Under the pieces are notes generated by a model. The model was given only the letters and a program-made list of their open reading frames with translations, did no database searches and had not been told where the DNA came from. The position numbers were made by a program, and so were the translations under genes. From contig BJGO01000004.1 of assembly GCA_014190535.1 (NCBI GenBank), positions 1 to 33,618 of the forward strand: DNA of 33,618 nt, read 5' to 3'. Below are positions 19,132 through 27,875 of the stretch, piece by piece (the first letter of the stretch is position 1; each line of letters begins with the position of its first letter). The stretch comes from Bacteroidota bacterium (GTDB lineage Bacteria > Bacteroidota > Bacteroidia > Chitinophagales > UBA10324).

Positions 19132-20070
19132 ATGAATAGCAATAAGGAAAATTCACGACGACAGTTTTTGCGCAATACCGCATTGGCCTCACTTTCTGCC
19201 GGGTTCATCCCGGTGATTGGCTCAGCCGCCGCTCCCGACAATGCCTCAGGTGGATGCGATCCCACCACCCTTGATGCCTATGGGCAGGGACCATTTTACA
19301 CAGCCAATGCTCCCACCTTAACGGATAATCAGCTTGCATTGGCCAATGAGCCCGGAACCCGACTGGTCATCAGTGGTGTGGTACGCACGCTCGATTGTTC
19401 GCTTGTAATCCCGAATACCCTGATTGATGTATGGCACGCCAATGATGCCGGGGCATACGACACCGTCGGGTATAACCTTAGAGGAATTACCTATTCCAAT
19501 GCTCAGGGCTTTTACATTTTTGAAACCATACTTCCGGGAAAATATCTGAATGGTGCCTCCTATCGGCCACGACATATCCATTTCCGTATTACACCTCCCG
19601 GATTTCCTACCCTGATTACACAGCTTTATTTTGAGGGAGATACGGATATTGCCGGCGATGCCGCCGCATCGGTAACTTCGGGCACCTACGATGCCACAAA
19701 ACGGATTATTCCATTAACCCTGAATGCTGAGAATAAATATGAAGGCACATGGGATATCGTAGTTAACGGATCAGCAACAACCGCACTCCCCGACCTGCAT
19801 CTGGATAAAGGCATGCTCTATCAGGCCACCCCAAATCCGTTTAGCACTGTGGTTCAGATTCATTACGGAATTTTTGAGCCGGCACAGGTTGCGTTACAAA
19901 TTTTTGATATACGGGGAGCCCTTATGGCCACACTGGATGAACAATATCTCACGCCACAGAAATATGTTGCCATCTGGCATCCCGACCGTATGCTCCCTGC
20001 AGGCGTTTATTTTATTGCACTTCGTATTAATGACCTTCAGGTTCATTATGTAAAGACTATGAAAATATAG
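19132..20070 (+). CDS. Intradiol ring-cleavage dioxygenase domain protein with Tat signal and T9SS-type C-terminal domain
   Basis: SRRQFL Tat motif; GPFY, IDVWHANDAGAY, TILPGKY, RPRHIHF, TQLYF; CTD TPNPFS..IFDIRG..GVYF. Confidence 0.85.
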   Translation: MNSNKENSRRQFLRNTALASLSAGFIPVIGSAAAPDNASGGCDPTTLDAYGQGPFYTANAPTLTDNQLALANEPGTRLVISGVVRTLDCSLVIPNTLIDVWHANDAGAYDTVGYNLRGITYSNAQGFYIFETILPGKYLNGASYRPRHIHFRITPPGFPTLITQLYFEGDTDIAGDAAASVTSGTYDATKRIIPLTLNAENKYEGTWDIVVNGSATTALPDLHLDKGMLYQATPNPFSTVVQIHYGIFEPAQVALQIFDIRGALMATLDEQYLTPQKYVAIWHPDRMLPAGVYFIALRINDLQVHYVKTMKI

Positions 20071-20225
20071 CAGTCATTTTTATTGATACTCTCACAAGAA
20101 ATTCTCTGAATAATTCATCTTAGCAGAAGATTTTTAAAAAGTTTAATGTTAACCGGCTTTAAGCAAGTTGCTACCAATTATAGGAATACAAGACCTAATT
20201 CATTAAATCTCCAGACAAACAAGAA

Positions 20226-20957
20226 ATGCCATTTACATTTTCACATCCGGCCATAGTTTTACCGTTGACATTTTTGCCTCGGCAATGGTTTTCTTTAACC
20301 GGACTTGTAATCGGCAGTTTGATACCTGACTTTGAATATTTTTTAAGAATGAGAATTAAGAGTACTTACAGCCACACAATCGACGGACTTTTTTGGTTTG
20401 ATTTACCCTTGGGACTATTGCTCGCTTTTATTTTTCACAACACGGTTCGGAATCGTTTATACGACAATTTGCCTGCATTTTTAAAATCAAGATTTTTAAC
20501 TTTTAAGCAGTTTAACTGGAATAGACACTTCAAAAGAAACTGGTTTGTAGTGGCTATTTCAATTCTTATCGGTGCCGCTTCACATATTTTTTGGGACGGT
20601 TTTACACACGACCACGGTTATTTCGTTCAGGCAATTCCGCAATTGCAAAACGAAGTGAACCTATTAGGCGAACAAATTCCAATTTTAAAAATATTGCAAC
20701 ACAGCTCCACGTTGCTCGGCGCACTTGTAATTGCTTTTGCTATTTACAAACTGCCAATAAACAAGACTGGAAAACAAAATATTAGTTTGAAATACTGGTC
20801 CATTTTATCAGCATTAACATTAACCATAGTTGCAGTCAGACTTTTAAGCGGACTTGAACTGAAACCATACGGAAATATAATTGCGACAACAATTTCGGCA
20901 GGACTAATGTCATTGATATTGACCTCTGTAATTTTTATTAAATCCAATAAACAGTGA
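20226..20957 (+). CDS. DUF4184 family membrane protein (putative metal-dependent hydrolase-like)
   Basis: MPFTFSHPA, GSLIPDFEYF, SHT, SHIFWDGFTH, LQHSST. Confidence 0.82.
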   Translation: MPFTFSHPAIVLPLTFLPRQWFSLTGLVIGSLIPDFEYFLRMRIKSTYSHTIDGLFWFDLPLGLLLAFIFHNTVRNRLYDNLPAFLKSRFLTFKQFNWNRHFKRNWFVVAISILIGAASHIFWDGFTHDHGYFVQAIPQLQNEVNLLGEQIPILKILQHSSTLLGALVIAFAIYKLPINKTGKQNISLKYWSILSALTLTIVAVRLLSGLELKPYGNIIATTISAGLMSLILTSVIFIKSNKQ

Positions 20958-21358
20958 TTGCGTATTTTAAAAAAGCTTTTTATACTATCCGGTTTATTAC
21001 CTGCAACTTATTTCTTAGGGTTGACCCTCTTTTTTTTACCTCACAGGACAAAGAACTTATCTTTTGAATTAGTTGATATTTTAATAGTTACATCCATGTT
21101 TTTTGAAATTTATGGCTGTATCAGTTTATTACTTTCTTGGCTACCTATACTGTAACATAAGTACTTGTTAAAATGTATTTTTTTAGTTCTTGGGATTATA
21201 GGTTCTATAACATTTACAACAATCGAAGGCGTAAAACAGTGTGGACTTGGGTTTTAAATATTGAAGAACCTGTCGAATGGATTATACGGGTTTGGCCTCT
21301 AATCGTATCAACGGTATTAATAGGTTCAAAGAGCACGAAATTATTCAATAAAAATTAA
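20958..21358 (+). pseudogene. Decayed small multi-TM membrane protein gene
   Basis: The hydrophobic reading continues past TAA 21153-21155 (HKYLLKCIFLVLGIIGSITFTTIEG). A one-base loss near 21230 joins it to KTVWTWVLNIEEPVEWIIRVWPLIV. Confidence 0.65.
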
Positions 21359-21481
21359 GGATAGATGATATCCACACAGACCTCATAAAGCCTTAACTAT
21401 CTTACACCTAATGATCTCGCACCAGAAATTGTAAATTCGTATAGTAAACTAATAACTGATCGAATACCGGGAAGATTACAA

Positions 21482-22291
21482 ATGAATCTGGATATTTTAG
21501 ATATAGAATATAAATTAACGAACGAACAAATTCAATTTTATAAAGAACAAGGCTTTGTAAAATTAAAAAATGTTTTGCCGCCAGATATTATTCGATATTT
21601 CAATACAGAGATTTCGAGAAAGGTTAATCAATTAAACACTAACGAAGTTCCATTTGAGCATAGAAACACATACGGAAAAGCTTTTTTGCAGTTATTTAAT
21701 CTTTGGAGAGAAGATCGTAACGTTAAGCTGTTTGTTTTTAGTAAAAGATTGGCCCAAATTGCAAGTGAATTGATGCAAGTCAATGGAGTTAGATTATATC
21801 ATGACCAAGCCCTTTTTAAAGAAGCCGGCGGAGGAATTACACCTTGGCACGCAGATCAGCATTATTGGCCATTATCATCCGATAAAGCCATAACCGCATG
21901 GATACCCTTGCAAAATACACCTCTTGACATGGGGCCACTCGAATTCAGTGCAGGAAGCCAGAATGTTATCACGGGCAGGGAGTTGTCGATCAGCGATAAA
22001 AGCGAAGCTGTGATAAAAAAGAATCTCAAGGTTAATAATTTCCCTCAAGTAATAGAACCATTTGACATCGGAGAAGTGAGCTTCCATTCCGGTTGGGTTT
22101 TTCATAGGGCTGGTGCAAATACTTCCGATCAAATCAGAAAAGTTATGACAATCATCTATATCGACAAGAATATGACTTTAAAAGAGCCTGAAAACAAAGG
22201 ACAATTAAATGATTGGAAAACTTGGTGTCCAAATGCAAAAATTGGGGAGGTTATCCATACACCATTGAATCCTATCCTATATACAAAATAA
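21482..22291 (+). CDS. PhyH family Fe(II)/2-oxoglutarate dioxygenase
   Basis: QIQFYKEQGF, DQALFK, TPWHADQ (HxD), WIPL, GPLEF, FHSGWVFHRAGAN, R-K-V-M. Confidence 0.88.
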   Translation: MNLDILDIEYKLTNEQIQFYKEQGFVKLKNVLPPDIIRYFNTEISRKVNQLNTNEVPFEHRNTYGKAFLQLFNLWREDRNVKLFVFSKRLAQIASELMQVNGVRLYHDQALFKEAGGGITPWHADQHYWPLSSDKAITAWIPLQNTPLDMGPLEFSAGSQNVITGRELSISDKSEAVIKKNLKVNNFPQVIEPFDIGEVSFHSGWVFHRAGANTSDQIRKVMTIIYIDKNMTLKEPENKGQLNDWKTWCPNAKIGEVIHTPLNPILYTK

Positions 22292-22438
22292 CTCATGCTA
22301 CATTATTTAAGCAACCTTGCCTTGCCTCGTAAATGCGGTCTAACGCATAGCAACATCGTCTACACGCAAACCGTAAGGCTCTGAAATAACTAATAATATA
22401 TCGAATCAGTATTTTTTTGTTGCTCATATATGCTTCTG

Positions 22439-22475
22439 TTGCTTCATAACATTCATTTATGCGAAGCCTGTTTTC
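22439..22475. repeat. 37-bp direct repeat copy 1 (dif/tyrosine-recombinase-site-like)
   Basis: TTGCTTCATAA-CATTCAT-TTATGCGAAGC-CTGTTTTC; 32/37 identical to 23396-23432. Confidence 0.7.
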
Positions 22476-22647
22476 AAGTGTCTATGTTCTATTTTTATCT
22501 TAGTGGTATGATGTAGTTTATATAATGATAAGAAGACATGAAAAAACTTCATTGACTAGATTGTAACAAGCACTTTGGGTATTTGAATTGTGGATAGTAT
22601 TTTCACAGTCTGCCATTGTATGCCATAAACAAACAAATAATGATAAT

Positions 22648-23219
22648 ATGAATAACGTTAAATTAATTCTAGTAATGTCATTTCTTCTAGTGACATTTAT
22701 TACAAATGCACAAATTACAGTTTATCGAACTTATGAGGATTTCCAAAATAAAAGAGGGGAAGAATATGATGATTATTGGGGTTACATTCACAGTATGGGG
22801 AGTGTTAAATTAATATTTAAAAAAGATAAAAAGAAAATCAATATTCACTGTAGCGATATATGGGGGTTTATTTACAAAGATGTTTTTTTAGGATTGATAA
22901 AAAATATAATCAGCCTACAAGAGTTATAAGTACCGGCAAGATAATTTATTACGAAAATGGTATAGCAAACCTTAGCATGTTACGAGATAATTCAGAAATA
23001 GGAGCGTTTAAAATTGGTTACTATTGCTATATCTCAAAGAGTATTGACTCTGAATTGATTCCTATGCCGCAGGGCCAATTTAATTCTGATTTAAGAAAAA
23101 AGGTTACAAAATTCAAGGAAGAAAACCCTGAGTACAAGGAACTATTTGATTGTATAGATAATAACTATAATTACCTTAGTGTTCGATCTTGTGTTGTAAA
23201 ATTCGAAAAAAGTGAATAA
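22648..23219 (+). pseudogene. Exported hypothetical protein split by a -1 frameshift at a T7 run
   Basis: Signal peptide ending TNA-Q. The ORF switches frame at GAT GTT TTT TTA GG (T7, 22883-22889); one extra T gives continuous WGFIYKDVFFRIDKKY. Confidence 0.7.
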
Positions 23220-23230
23220 TACGGCACACA

Positions 23231-23380
23231 ATCGAGTAGACGGCCTCGCCAGTTGTAACGGACGAGGTGCGCCTCTCACATCACTGTACGTGCGTGTCTT
23301 GAATACAACGGTTCATTATGTTTTAGAGCTACTTATTGGTAATGTTCAAGCAATGATTCGCAACCTCGTTTTCGCAATCG
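23231..23380 (-). mobile_element. 5'-truncated, degenerate group IIC intron remnant (RT/maturase C-terminus, DV, DVI)
   Basis: The minus strand reads GAACCGTTGTAT..ACGTACAGTGATGTGAGAGG (DV, 23272-23314), then DVI GAGAGGCG..CGTCT-A-CTC with the bulged A 7 nt from a terminal AT. Translation RLRKRGCESLLEHYQ*VALKHNEPLYSRHARTVM* resembles the EPPY.RP.RTVV* tail of IIC RTs. Confidence 0.85.
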
Positions 23381-23395
23381 TATCCATATAACCGA

Positions 23396-23432
23396 TTGCT
23401 TCATAAGGTTCATTTAAGCGATGCCTGTATTC
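23396..23432. repeat. 37-bp direct repeat copy 2
   Basis: TTGCTTCATAA-GGTTCAT-TTAAGCGATGC-CTGTATTC; 957 bp from copy 1 and adjacent to the intron truncation point. Confidence 0.7.
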
Positions 23433-23781
23433 TGGTTTTTGTTGCGAACAGGTTATCCGTTTATAGTCCGCTTACTTTTATACTGTAGTTTGAAAACAGT
23501 TGCGCAGTGTGATGTAGTGTAAGCTTACCCATTATTCGACCAGTTAGTAGTTGACTTTATGAATTAACAATAGCCTTCAATAAAACGGCAGGTGCCGGGT
23601 TATTAAATGCTTTGTGTTGCCTGTGATCGTTTCGCATAAGATCAGAAACAATTCGTATAAGCACCTGCTATCTGATCCTGAAATAGCAAACAACCTGTCT
23701 ATATCATTTTCCTATTCATTATCAAAGACTCTTTTTTTTGCTTTTATTTGAAAGCTGATAACACGAATACCCACCAAAAAA

Positions 23782-26088
23782 TTGGCGTCTAACCCCTATA
23801 GCAAAACCCTTTTCAAACTTGCACTTCTGTATGTGCTGTTTGTATTTCCCTTTTATAGTACTGCTCAAAAAATCCGTTTCGAGGGCAAGGTAATAGATGC
23901 ACTTTCGGGTGATGCGTTGGCAGGTGCATCAATAATTTTGGATCAGGTACACGCATACACCAGCAACGAAAACGGTTTGTTTACGCTAACAACCGAGCCC
24001 GGCAATCATCAGCTAATCATCTATCACGTGGGATACCGGGACACGCTACTGAATGTGCCGATGACATCGGATCATCCATTCATTACCATTCATCTGATTA
24101 AGAAAGAACAGATGCTTCAGGAAGTTATCATAGGAGCAAATAGGTATGGAAGAGCGCTAATCGAACAAATTTCAAGCATAAGCACGATCAATCCTAAAGA
24201 AGTTCAGTTTAAAAACATTCAGGATGCGGCACAAGCCATAGATCAGTTGTCGGGCGTTGTTGTTATCGACGGACAGGCCAGCATTCGTGGTGGAAGCGGC
24301 TATGCCTTTGGAGCCGGTAGCCGGGTTATGATGGTATATGATGGTGTGCCCATGCTAACCTCCGACAGAAATGATGTTAAATGGAGCTTCATTCCCATGG
24401 AAAATGTGGAACGAATTGAACTGGTAAAAGGGGCCTCATCGGTGCAATATGGATCATCTGCCCTGAATGGTGTTTTAAATATTCAAACAGCATTTGCCGT
24501 AAAGGACGATGAAACCACGTTTTCTACTTATCTCACCCGATATGATGGAAGTATTCCGGCTAACAAGATAAGGCCTGAAGACAAAGTGCCTTTTGCCACC
24601 GGCGGTTACCTTCTGCACAAAATGAAACGTGGCAAGAGTGATTTCGTGATCAATGCCTATGCTCACCGCTCTCAAAGCTGGCTCCAGGGGGAATTTGCCA
24701 AACGCTCGCGACTGCACGTAAAATACCGCTATCGGCTCAGTGAGCGCACGTCTTTTGGCATTAACCTCACCGGTATGTTACAACACACGTCTCAATTCTT
24801 CTTCTGGTCTGACGACTCTGTGGGCGCTTATCAGCCGTTAAACGGAACAACTACTCTTGTTAATCTGAAAGAACTATATACCGTTGCACAGGCCAATATG
24901 CATCACTTTGATCGCAATAACATTAAACACACAGCCCATATTCAGTACTATCACACGAATCATATAAACGGACGACTATGGCAACCCGCTACAAATTTAT
25001 TCAGCGCCGATTATCACATGCAAAAAGAATTTAATACGTGGATCCTAAGCGGAGGGGTATATACCAATGCATTTTTTTTCAGAGATGACGGAATAGGTGG
25101 CAGGCATTCGGGTAATCAGGGCTCTTTGTTTGTACAATTCGAAAAAGCCTTTAATAAATTCCGAATCGAAGGCGGCGGCCGTATGGAACTGTTCCGACTA
25201 GATACCATTTATGCCGGCTCAAGACCGGTAGGCCGAATAGGTATAAACTACTCGCCATACAAACAGCTCTTCCTCAGGGCCTCATTTGGTCAGGGGTTCC
25301 GTTTCCCAAGTCCGGCAGAGCGCTATGTAAACTATTCACTCGGCGATATCTATATCTACCCCAACCCAACATTGCTTCCGGAAAAAGGCTGGAGTTCTGA
25401 AATCGGCCTTAGAAAAAAAGCCTCGCTCGGTAAGTTTAATGCCTATGCCGACTGGGCATTATTTCTTCAGGGATTTACCAATATGATGGAATTCTCGTTT
25501 GGGCAGTGGGGCAATCCATCGGCTCCGTTTTTTGGTCTTGGCTTTAAGTCGGTTAACGTAAATGAAGCACGTATGGCAGGCAGTGAACTGGAGTTAGGTG
25601 TTCAAAAAAATATCGGCAAACTTAAACTACTCACCGACATTGGTTATACCTACACATATCCGGTAGACCTCAATGCCGATTCGTCGCTTCGATCGGCAAA
25701 AAATTTTATGCAAGGATTCATAAAAGGTTTGTATAACACCGACAGCACATTCAGGCGTGGGTTATTGCGCTACCGTAATCGCCATCTGATTAAGTTCGAT
25801 CTGGACGTAAGTTATAACCGTTTATCTTTTGGAGGAAGTATTAAATATTACAGCCGTATGGATAATATTGATTCATACCTTGCACTGTTTATACCCGGCG
25901 TTAATGGCTATCGCAAGGATCATTTGCAGGGCGATTGGCTATTTGATTTGAGACTATCCTATCAGGCAGATCAGTACGGTAAAGTGGCCCTCATTTGTAA
26001 TAATTTATTGAACTCATTTTATGCCATTCGCATCGCCCGGCCTGATGCACCCAGAGGATTTACCATACAGTACACCTATACGCTGTAG
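23782..26088 (+). CDS. TonB-dependent receptor with N-terminal carboxypeptidase-regulatory-like domain
   Basis: GKVIDALSGDALAGASI, HVGY, SIRGGSG, IELVKGASSVQYGSSALNGVLN plug, LLPEKG, NNLLN; TTG start uncertain. Confidence 0.9.
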   Translation: MASNPYSKTLFKLALLYVLFVFPFYSTAQKIRFEGKVIDALSGDALAGASIILDQVHAYTSNENGLFTLTTEPGNHQLIIYHVGYRDTLLNVPMTSDHPFITIHLIKKEQMLQEVIIGANRYGRALIEQISSISTINPKEVQFKNIQDAAQAIDQLSGVVVIDGQASIRGGSGYAFGAGSRVMMVYDGVPMLTSDRNDVKWSFIPMENVERIELVKGASSVQYGSSALNGVLNIQTAFAVKDDETTFSTYLTRYDGSIPANKIRPEDKVPFATGGYLLHKMKRGKSDFVINAYAHRSQSWLQGEFAKRSRLHVKYRYRLSERTSFGINLTGMLQHTSQFFFWSDDSVGAYQPLNGTTTLVNLKELYTVAQANMHHFDRNNIKHTAHIQYYHTNHINGRLWQPATNLFSADYHMQKEFNTWILSGGVYTNAFFFRDDGIGGRHSGNQGSLFVQFEKAFNKFRIEGGGRMELFRLDTIYAGSRPVGRIGINYSPYKQLFLRASFGQGFRFPSPAERYVNYSLGDIYIYPNPTLLPEKGWSSEIGLRKKASLGKFNAYADWALFLQGFTNMMEFSFGQWGNPSAPFFGLGFKSVNVNEARMAGSELELGVQKNIGKLKLLTDIGYTYTYPVDLNADSSLRSAKNFMQGFIKGLYNTDSTFRRGLLRYRNRHLIKFDLDVSYNRLSFGGSIKYYSRMDNIDSYLALFIPGVNGYRKDHLQGDWLFDLRLSYQADQYGKVALICNNLLNSFYAIRIARPDAPRGFTIQYTYTL

Positions 26089-26184
26089 CATACTATGATG
26101 GACGCGCAAAAAGGAATCAATCCCGATTTACGGAACGGATTATTTCTTACCTGTCCCTTCGGGCACAGTCTGATTCATACATTG

Positions 26185-26192
26185 TACTTTTG
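26185..26192 (+). promoter_or_regulatory. Putative -7 promoter box TACTTTTG for lysS
   Basis: Exact TAnnTTTG about 30 nt upstream of the ATG. Confidence 0.5.
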
Positions 26193-26223
26193 TGCGCGTT
26201 ATTAAAAATGGAAAATCAACTTC

Positions 26224-27741
26224 ATGACACAATTAAGTGAACACGAGATTATCAGGCGCCAAACGCTGACTGAATTGGAGCAATTAGGTATCAACCCCTA
26301 CCCTGCTGAAACCTTTGAAATAAATGACACGAGTAAACAGATTGCCGAGTTATATCAGCAAAATACCGCCGCCTACGATGGTAAAACAATTTCAATTGCC
26401 GGTCGCATAATGAGCAAACGAATTATGGGCTCTGCTTCATTTGCTGTTCTTCAAGATAGTCAGGGCAGAATTCAGTTGTATATCAGCCGCGATGAGCTCT
26501 GTCCGGCCGAAGACAAAACATTTTATAATACCGTTTTCAAGAAACTAATAGACCTCGGCGATTTTGTTGGAATTACAGGATATGTGTTTCGTACAAAAAC
26601 CGGAGAGATCAGCATACACGTGCAATCGCTCAGGCTATTGAGCAAATCACTTAAACCACTTCCTGTTGTTAAAGAGAAAGAGGGCGAGTTATTTGACGCC
26701 GTTACTGATCCCGAATTACGTTACCGTCAACGCTATGTAGACCTTAACATCAACCCTGCATCCAAAGAAGTATTTATTAAGCGCACTAAACTGGTAAATT
26801 CTATTCGTGAGTATCTGAACGCTAAAGAATATCTTGAAGTAGAAACACCAATCCTGCAGCCTATTTATGGAGGTGCCGCCGCCAGACCATTTAAGACACA
26901 TCATAACACACTCGATATGCCTCTCTATTTGCGCATTGCAAATGAGTTGTACCTGAAACGTTTAATCGTTGGCGGATTTGATGGTGTATATGAATTCAGT
27001 AAAGACTTTCGTAACGAAGGCATGGATCGCACCCATAATCCTGAGTTTACACAAATGGAATTATACGTAGCCTATAAAGATTATTACTGGATGATGGATC
27101 TGGTTGAGGAGATGGTTGAGAAAGTTGCCATTGACGTAAATGGCACAACTGAGGTGCAGGTTGGACAACATGTAATCAACTTTAAACGACCCTGGAAACG
27201 CTATACTATGTTTGAAGCGATAAAGGAATATACCGGTGTCGATATCAGCGAAATGGATGAGGCGCAGTTACGCCTTACGGCTCACGATTTAAAAGTAACT
27301 ATAGATCATACGATGGGAAAAGGGAAAATTATTGATGAAATCTTTGGTGAACACGTGGAACCTAAACTGATACAACCTACATTCATAACCGATTATCCAC
27401 TCGAGATGTCGCCTTTGGCAAAAAAGCATCGTAACAGACCCGGATTAGTAGAACGCTTCGAGGCCATATGTAATGCTAAAGAACTATGCAACTCGTTTTC
27501 CGAATTAAACGATCCTATCGATCAGCGTAAACGATTTGAAGAACAGGTAGAACTAGGTAAACGCGGTGATGAAGAGGCTATGGTGCTCGATGAAGATTTC
27601 CTGAGAGCCTTAGAGTATGGTATGCCTCCAACAGCTGGACTGGGAATTGGTATAGACCGTTTATCCATGATTATGACCAATTCACACTCCATACAGGATG
27701 TCTTGTTCTTCCCGCAGATGAAGCCGGAACGATTCGATTAA
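26224..27741 (+). CDS. lysS: Lysine--tRNA ligase (class II)
   Basis: [55 protein letters not shown]. Confidence 0.98.
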   Translation: MTQLSEHEIIRRQTLTELEQLGINPYPAETFEINDTSKQIAELYQQNTAAYDGKTISIAGRIMSKRIMGSASFAVLQDSQGRIQLYISRDELCPAEDKTFYNTVFKKLIDLGDFVGITGYVFRTKTGEISIHVQSLRLLSKSLKPLPVVKEKEGELFDAVTDPELRYRQRYVDLNINPASKEVFIKRTKLVNSIREYLNAKEYLEVETPILQPIYGGAAARPFKTHHNTLDMPLYLRIANELYLKRLIVGGFDGVYEFSKDFRNEGMDRTHNPEFTQMELYVAYKDYYWMMDLVEEMVEKVAIDVNGTTEVQVGQHVINFKRPWKRYTMFEAIKEYTGVDISEMDEAQLRLTAHDLKVTIDHTMGKGKIIDEIFGEHVEPKLIQPTFITDYPLEMSPLAKKHRNRPGLVERFEAICNAKELCNSFSELNDPIDQRKRFEEQVELGKRGDEEAMVLDEDFLRALEYGMPPTAGLGIGIDRLSMIMTNSHSIQDVLFFPQMKPERFD

Positions 27742-27875
27742 GTTTCAAAAAACATACAATCCTTACATCGATGATCTCATCCTATCGGGAAGCATGATAT
27801 GATGAAATAATTTACATCAGCTATTGTATAGTCCGATTAGCTTTTTATCTTCGTTAACATCTATTCTTCGGCTAT

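Noticed and set aside
22351-22382. CGCATAGCAACATCGTCTACACGCAAACC as a further cassette end after the PhyH gene
   Set aside because: It resembles a left end, but I found no complementary partner; too degenerate to call.
22439-22467. The chromosomal dif site
   Set aside because: The spacer is 7 bp, the XerD arm is poor and the site is duplicated. Kept only as dif-like.
15943-23780. Prophage, ICE or anti-phage defence island
   Set aside because: No integrase, phage structural, conjugation, nuclease or defence NTPase genes are recognisable. The only RT trace is a roughly 35-codon intron tail, not a retron or DGR.
23433-23781. Cobalamin or TPP riboswitch before the TonB receptor
   Set aside because: No conserved cores (GGGAA..GCAACTGT..GCCACTG, or CTGAGA..ACCTG..GGGA). 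The short inverted repeats GCAGGTGC/GCACCTGC and GATCAGA/TCTGATC are insufficient.
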